A stretch of 59,601 bases of DNA, counting the filler, from Callorhinchus milii (Eukaryota): the NCBI RefSeq assembly GCF_018977255.1. It is 2 parts of 2 records of this genome, joined end to end, with 100 filler letters (N's around TTAATTAATTAA, not from the genome) between each part and the next. Parts side by side here need not be neighbours in the genome. Positions count along the whole stretch, not along the records: positions 29,927 to 59,601 come from NW_024705644.1; 1 more part is not named here. The stretch is one strand, 5' to 3'. How positions within the stretch are numbered: position 1 is the stretch's first letter; each line of letters starts with the position of its first letter. A program made the translations under genes and the position numbers. Below are positions 51,224 through 59,601 of the stretch, in pieces. Under the pieces are notes generated by a model. It did not search any database and was not told where the DNA came from. It worked only from the letters and a program-made list of their open reading frames with translations.

Positions 51224-53035
51224 GCTGAGCGCTGCAGCAGCAGCCCCCCCCCCGGACCCTCCCCCACCCTCCACTTCTCACCCTGACGCCACACAACCCG
51301 TGTGTAGGCGCTGCCCTCTGGTGGACAAGGCGCGGTACAGGCGGCAGCACGAGACGCCAGCAGCGTTACGCTGCCAGGGTTACTCACCCGAACACCTCCG
51401 TACACTTACACACACCTACACACACCTCTATACACTTACACACACATACACACACACCTCTATACACTTACACACACATACACACACACCTCTATACACT
51501 TACACACACCTACACACACCTCTAGACACTTACACACACCTACACACACACCTCTAGACACTTACACACACCTACACACCCCTCTAGACACTTTCACACA
51601 CCTCTATACACTCACACACACACACCTCTATAAACTCACACACACACCTCTTTACACTTACACACACCTACACACACCTCTATACACTTACACACACCTA
51701 CACACACCTGTATAGACTCACACCTACACACACACCTCTATACACTTACACACACCTACACACACCTCTAGACACTTACACACACCTCTATACATTCACA
51801 CACACCTACACACCTCTATACACTCACACACACTCACACACACCTACACACACCTACACACACCTCTCTACACTCACACATACACACACACCTCTATACA
51901 CTTCACACCTACACACACCTCTAGACACTTACACACACCTCTATACACTCACACACACCTACACACACACACCTCTATACATTCACACACACACCTCTTT
52001 ACACTTACACACACCTACACACACCTCTATACACTCACAAATACACACACCTCTATACACTCACACACCTACACACACACCTCTATACACTTACACACAC
52101 ACCTACACACACACTTCTATACACTCACACACACCTACACACCTCTATACACTCACACACACTCACACACACCTACACACACCTCTATACACTCACACCT
52201 ACACACACACTTCTATACACTTACACACACCTACACACACACCTCTATACACTCACACCTACACACACACCTCTATACACTCACACACACCTACACACCT
52301 CTATACACTCACACACCTACACACACCTACACACACCTCTATACTCACACACCTCTATACACTTACACACACCTACACACACACCTCTATACACTTACAC
52401 ACACCTACACACACCTCTATACACTTACACACACATACACACACACCCCTACACACCTACACACACACCTACACACACCTCTATACACTTACACACACAT
52501 ACACACACCTCTACACACCTACACACACACCTTTATACACTCACACACACCTACACACACACCTCTAGACACTTACACACACCTACACACACACCTCTAT
52601 ACACTTACACACACCTACACACCACCTCTAGACACTTACACACACCTACACACACCCTCTATACACTCACACACACCTACACACACCTCTATACACTCAC
52701 ACACCTACACACACACCACACTACACTCACATACACACACACCACTACACCTCAACACACCTACACACCTCTATACACTCACACACACTCACACACACCT
52801 ACACACACCTCTATACACTCACACCTACACACACACTTCTATTCACTTACACACACCTACACACACACCTCTATACACTCACACACACGTACACACACCT
52901 CTATACACTTACACATACACACACACCTACACACACCTCTATACACTCACACACACCTACACACACCTCTATACACTCACACCTACACACACACCTCTAT
53001 AACACCTACACACACACCTCTATACACTTAAACAC
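51224..53035 (+). repeat. Dispersed repeat copy 3 (partial) with ~1.6-kb ACAC/TATAC satellite
   Basis: 51224-51403 matches 32305-32485; the satellite follows. Confidence 0.88.
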
Positions 53036-53216
53036 ACCCTTCAACATACTAATGTAGTGGGTACAATGGAGAGAGGCAAGACCACTCAGCTCCACATGCT
53101 CCCGTACCGCATCAGTTTATCTCTACTCCAGCCCATGTCGTGCCCAAATCTTGACTTAACGCTTTCGTGACTGCTTCTTTCTTTGAACCTGTCTACGTGA
53201 ATTTACCCAAAGAACA

Positions 53217-53470
53217 TGTCGTGCCCGTTTAGGCCCGTCTATCCGGCCAAACAGAAGCTGCTTGGCCATGCGGTGGCTGGGCATGCGGGCTACATGACCC
53301 AGCCAACGCAGCCTTGCCTGCAGGGACTTTGTCCAGATCTTTCAAGGAACTGCGAGCTCCTCACACGATCCAGCCTGCAGGTTAACCCCAGGATGGATCG
53401 TAGGCAGGACAGCCTAGACGTTTCTAACCGGCGCAGCTATTCCATTAGGGGGGTCCACGTTTCACAAGCG
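53217..53470 (-). mobile_element. RTE-like LINE RT C-terminal fragment
   Basis: Remnant LRRLETSRLSCLRSILG...RLRWLGHVARMPSHRMAKQLLFG. Confidence 0.75.
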
Positions 53471-54234
53471 CCTCTTCACCCATGCACCGAGCCCACACAG
53501 CGTGTAGCTGCTACGCTAGTAAGTTTATTTCGGTGCTACGACCAACAAAACCGCGAGGTGCCGCTGCTGCCGCTGCTGCCGCGCTGTGGCGCCACCGCGT
53601 GGCAAGGCGGTGACGTCACAGGGCCGACCCGAGGTCTCCACTTGGCGCCGCCGTCGAGTCGCGGGGGTCTCGCTGTGGCCACAGACGCAAGAGGGACTCC
53701 GCAGACGACACGCGGCGGCGGCGGCGGCGGCGTCTACGCCCCCCGCCGCGTCCCTTTGCCCCCCGACCTCCCGCGCCGACTTCACCACGCACGCACCGAG
53801 ACCACGCACTCGTTACAAGGCGACTCGTTTGTCTGCACGACCTTCTTCCTCGTTCGGTTATTAGTGGGGTGTAGTGAGGTGATGTATACATGTGTGAAAT
53901 TATACTCTACATTTGACTATAGATTGGGGAATAATTATGTACGAATCTGCTCGTATAGAATAACTACGACAAATGTTGAATCCGTATGATCACTTACAAC
54001 TATGTTAAAGACCTTTATAAACTTGTAGATCGTAAGCAATGCGGTTTCCAATAGGAAGCAGCGAGGGCGGACAAATGACGTCACGCGTGCAGAGCGTCCG
54101 TCGATTTTTACTCCCTTGCAGTGAGCAGAGTTCGGATACCTCACGACATGGACACTCGGTTAAAGTTTAGCGGGTGAGGTCGTTTAGCTCGCGAGAAGGG
54201 GGAGGAGGAGATCTCCAGGGTTCGCGTCCCATTC

Positions 54235-55690
54235 CCACCACCACCACCTCCACCACCTCCACCACCACCTCCACCACCTCCACCACCACCACCTCCACCA
54301 CCACCTCCACCACCACCTCCACCACCACCTCCACCACCCCACCACCACCACCACCTCCACCACCTCCACCACCTCCACCCCTCCACCACCTCCACCACCA
54401 CCTCCACCACCACCTCCACCACCACCTCCACCACCTACCACCACCACCACCCACCACTCCACATCACCACCCACTCCACCACCACCACCACCACCTCCAC
54501 CACCCACCACCACCACCACCCACCACCACCACCCACACCACCACCACCCACCTCCACCACCACCACCACCTCCACCACCACCACCACACCACCACCACCA
54601 CCACCACCTCCACCACCACCACCTCCACCACCACCACCACCACCACCACCCACCACCCACCACCACCACACCCACCACCCACCACCACCCACCACCACCA
54701 CCACCACACCACCACCTCCACCACCACCACCCCACCACACCACCACCACCACCCACCACCACCCACCACCACCACCACCCACCACCACCACACCACCACC
54801 ACCACCACCACCACCACCAACACCACCCCACCACCACCACCCCAGCACCACCACCACCTCCACCAACCACCACCTCCACCACACCACCACCCACCACCAC
54901 CACCACCTCACCACCACCACCCCCACCACCTCCACCACCAACCACACCACCTCACCACACCCACCACACCACCACCTCCACCACACCACCACACCATCCA
55001 CCACCACCTCCACCACCACCTCCACCACCACCTCCACCACCACTCCCCACCACCACACACCACCACCACCACCTCCACCACCACCTCCACCACCACCTCC
55101 ACCACCTCCACCACCACCACCTCCACCACCTCCACCACCTCCACCACCACCACCCACCACCATCCACCACCACCTCCACCACCACCACCACCTCCACCAC
55201 CACCTCCACCACCACCTTCCACCACCACCACCTCACCACACACCACCACCACCCACCACCACCACCACCTCCACCACCACCACCTCCACCACCACCACCA
55301 CCTCCACCACCACCACCCACACCACCCTCCACCACCACCACCACCCCACCACCACCACCCCACCACCACCTACCACCACCACCCCACCACCACCACCTCC
55401 CACCACCACCACCCACCACCTCCACCACCACCACCACCACCACCTCCACCACCACCACCACCTCCACCACCACCACCTCCACCACCACCACCTCCACCAC
55501 CTCCACCACCACCACCACCACCACCTCCACCACCACCACCACCACCCCACCACCTCCACCACCACCACCACCACCCACCACCACCTCCACCACCACCACC
55601 ACACCCCACCTCCACCACACCCCCACCACCACCACCTCCACCACCACCTCCACCACCCTCCACCACCACCTTCCCCTCCACCACCACCAG
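54235..55690. repeat. (CCA)n/(CCT) trinucleotide satellite
   Basis: About 1.45 kb directly visible. Confidence 0.95.
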
Positions 55691-56894
55691 CGGCAGCGGC
55701 AGAGGTCGCGGGACGAGGCCACGCGCCGAGGCGGCTTCTCGCGAGGTCGTCCCCCGCTGGTGACGAGGAGAGCCGCTGGGCTGGACACAAGTCCAATGGC
55801 GCGACTTTTCCGCCTGTCGAGGTTCTTTCAGGCCACAGGGTGATTGGCCAATGTGTTGAGTTTGTCGTCTTGAATTGCGTTCGTGCGTCGCTGCCAACGC
55901 AGCTTCACCCAATAATCTGCAGTCCCAGAGACTCGCCCACGAGAGGGCGCCGCGTCTCCGGCGTGCACCGCAGTGGCGGCAGCAGCAGCAGCAGCGCCAG
56001 GCTCCTGCCACTGCGCTACACGGTCCTGTGCTGAAGCAGGCCCATAGATCTACTCTCATCACCCAGGAATGTCTGTCCTTAACGCTCGTGACGTCACTCC
56101 ACATCCACCAGCCCCCCTCATTAATATTCATGAGCAGGTGACGTCCTCCACATGACTGCTGATGAGACACTGAGAGACGAAGCCTGTTTCAGGGTGCTGT
56201 TTGCGCTGAGTTAATGTTGATGATGAGATGCACTCTGAGAAGGTTCGCTTTGTGTGCGTGGAGAAGTGGCGATGTGGAGGCTGTACAGCCCGCTTGTCTT
56301 GTTCCTTGCGTTGCAGCAGCAACAGCAGCAGCTGTAGTTGTGCGTTCGTCCACTAGAGGGCATCACGTGCCTTGTGGAGAACCTGCAGTGCCCCTACATC
56401 CTATAGCCCTGACCCTATAGCCCTGTCCCTAACCTATTACTGTTGTTGTCCTTCCCCGGCACTTCGGATTAGCACGGTTGGCTATGTACGGTGCGAAAGA
56501 AGTTCAGCATACATCATGTTCATCTCAGGCTGCCTTCAATAGCTGCCCCCAGACATGAGTTATCATTTGTGGTCAAGTGGCTTCTGAAATATAAGCTAAT
56601 ACCTCATTGGATGTTGCCTGATAAGATAACAAAAATTGCTTAGTAACTTTTTTACTGATTTGTTTACTTTTCCTATACCTTGCACTCCGATCGTATTTTT
56701 CGGATTTTTTGTTGCTGTAACGTTCAAACCCGCCCCTACTTTATAGCTCATCAGATTCCTCCAGTATGATCACAAATTCAAATTTTGATTCTCATTTACA
56801 TATCTAGGGCAGCTCGTGTTGGTAGTGAGCCCCGATGAAGGCCAGCAAGGCGCTCGAAGGGGACGGAGTGGTCACAACCGTGTCTGGTCCTCAG

Positions 56895-58935
56895 ACCCAC
56901 CCACCCAATCACTCAATCATTCAAATACGCAATTACCCACGGACATATTCACCCACTCACTAAATTACCCACTCAACCACTCACTCAACGACTCACCCAC
57001 CCACTCACTCACCCACTCAAGTACTCACTCAGTCACCTACTCACCCACTCATTCAATGATTCACCGACTCTTTCACTCGCTCACCCACCCACTCACCCAT
57101 CCACTCACCCACCCACTCACCCATCCACTCACCCACCTACTATCTTACCCACCCACCTACTAACTCACTCACCCGCTGACCCACCCACGCACCCACTCGC
57201 CCATTTACTAACCCACCCATCCGCTCACCCACCCACCCACGAACCCACTCACCCACCCAATCACCTCCCCACTCACCCACCACTCATTCACCCACTCATT
57301 AACCCACTCACCCATCCAACCACTCACTCAAATATCCACTAATTAACCCATTCACCCATCCAACCACTCAATTATACACTCACACACAGACTCCAGAACT
57401 CACCCATTCACCCAATCACTCATTAAAAATTCCACTCACCCACGTTCTCATTCCCAACTCGCTCAATTACCCACTGACCCACCCAAGCACGAAATCATGT
57501 ATCCACCTCCTTATTCATTGAATTACTCATTCAACCACTCATTCATTCAAACTAACTCACTGACCCGCCCACTCACTCATCAACCCACCTAATCATTTAC
57601 CAACTTAACCACCCACTTACTCATTAACACATTCACACATCCACCAATCTACACACTGAATTACCCACTCATTTATCCACCTACCACACACCCACCCACT
57701 CACCCACCCACTCACCCTCCCACCCACTCACTCTCACACTCCCTCTCCCACTCACTCTCCCACTCACTCTCCACCCACTCACCCACCCACTCATTCAACC
57801 ACTAATTTACCCACCCACTCACCCACCCACCCACTCACCCACCCACCCACTCTCACTCACCCACTCACGCACCTCCTCACCCACCCACTCACCCAATCAC
57901 TCAATCATTCAAATACCAAATTACCCACGTACGTATTCACCCACTAATTCAATTACCCACTCAACTACTCACCCACCCACTCACCCACTCAAGTACTCAC
58001 TCGGTCACCTACTCACCCACTCATTCAATGATTCACCGACTCATTCACTCGCTCACCCACCCACTCACCCATCCACTCACCCACCTACTATCTTACCCAC
58101 CCACCTACTAACTCACCCACCCGCTGACCCACCCACGCACCCACTCGCCCATTTACTAACCCACCCATCCGCTCACCCACCCACCCACGAACCCACTCAC
58201 CCACCCAATCACCTCCCCACTCACCCACCACTCATTCACCCACTCATTAACCCACTCACCCATCCAACCACTCACTCAAATATCCACTAATTTACCCATT
58301 CACCCATCCAACCACTCAATTATACACTCACACACAGACTCCAGAACTCACCCAATCACTCATTAAAAAATCCACCTCCCCATTCATTGAATTACTCATT
58401 CAACCACTCATTCATTCAAACTAACTCACTGACCCGCCCACTCACTCATCCACCCACCTAATCATTCACCAACCACCAACTTACTCATTAACACATTCAC
58501 ACATCCACCAATCTACACACTGAATTACCCACTCATCCATCCACCTACCACCCACCCACTCATTCACACACCGACCCACTCATTCAATTACCCATCCACC
58601 CATTCAACCACCTACCATCCACTTACCCAGGTACCAACTCATCCAATTACCCACACACCGATTACCCACACACCGATGCACTCATTCATCCAGCACCTAC
58701 CCACCCAACTTGCCACTCGATTTTGGTGTACCCAGTTGTACTGTTTGGCGGACAGAGGCAGGGAAACTTAAGATACTCGACCATTTGTTTCAACTGCTGT
58801 GCCAGAAGGTGGAACCAGCAATCTCTCTATTGCCAGTGAATTTTACGAGCCATTGCATCACAGCAGCCCCCTCCAGTATTTAATGTTTAACGAGGGTCTC
58901 TCTCTCTCTCTCTGCGTGTACATCAGGGTAATATT
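56895..58935. repeat. Second copy of the CCACTCA-rich satellite plus unique tail
   Basis: Direct-orientation duplicate of 40700-42530. Confidence 0.88.
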
Positions 58936-59601
58936 TAATGAGGTGGTGTGGACGTCTCGCTGCTTCGTGATGGATGTGATGGCAGTGGGAAAGTGGGGCA
59001 ATGGAACAGCGGGGCATTAGGGCAGAGTAGCACCAGCGCAGTGGAGCAGCGGAGCATAAGGGCATTGAGGCAGTGGGGCAGTGGGGCAGAGGGCATTGGG
59101 GCAGCAGGACAGCGGAGCAGCTTGGCAGAGGGGCAGTGGGGCAGTTAGGGGGCGGATGTGTCAGACGAATCGCCTGATTATCTTTTCCCACCACTGCCTG
59201 TACACGTTCTGAAGAAAGGCCATTGCCTGAAACTTCTCTCATGACATAGTTGTCATTGTACCGCCGCACACACAGCCGGGACACTGCACACGAGCCAAGG
59301 CACATTTAACAAACCCAGGCAGCACTCACAAGCAATGCAAAGTTACATTGTTTCCTCATAAGTTCATGTCATGACGTTAATAATAAAAACAACAATGATA
59401 AGTATTACATAATACATTGGATTGATCCTATCTCTGAACAGAGTTAGTCTGTTGGCAGCAGTCATTGTCCAGTCCAGTCCTGGCATCTGCTGCTCAGTTT
59501 CCTTCCCCGGCTGCGGTCCCAGTGGCACCGTCTTTCCGGGGAACCGTGTGGTGTGTGTGTGGTGTGTGTGGTGTGTGGTGTGTGTGGTGTGTGTGGTGTG
59601 T

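Noticed and set aside
54141..56170. Poly-Pro/His/Thr and poly-Gly/Trp/Val ORFs
   Set aside because: Translation of the (CCA)n repeat; a PDZ-like SLGLQIIG string near 55930 is followed immediately by a stop.

Overview
Eukaryotic (vertebrate) DNA made of two unrelated segments joined by an artificial 100-nt spacer (N44-TTAATTAATTAA-N44, 29827-29926). Segment 1 (1-29826) has a repeat content that looks chondrichthyan (inference). It holds a complete B9D2 coding sequence (+, 3 exons, 175 aa), two tandem NKPD1-like KAP-family P-loop genes (-, 4 coding exons each, ~711 and ~719 aa) and the last three coding exons of SPTBN4 (-). These sit among tRNA-derived SINEs, CR1/L2 LINE fragments, minisatellites and a TTAGGG/TTAGAG array. 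Segment 2 (29927-59601) looks lamprey-like (inference) and is almost all repeat. It holds a young full-length Gypsy LTR retrotransposon (33516-40383, TSD CACT) with disabling lesions, two related LTRs, an orphan PARG exon with a dead splice acceptor, Penelope-like element pieces including a minimal type I hammerhead ribozyme, RTE fragments, SINEs and long low-complexity satellites. Strongest signals: (i) a 281-bp near-identical tract over the Walker B core of two otherwise diverged NKPD1 paralogues whose Walker A/B motifs are degenerate; (ii) the hammerhead at 50496-50544; (iii) covarying hairpins shared by three LTR families; (iv) a dispersed element carrying a multi-palindrome minisatellite. 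Gene names and family assignments come from recalled sequences and motifs; no database search was run.
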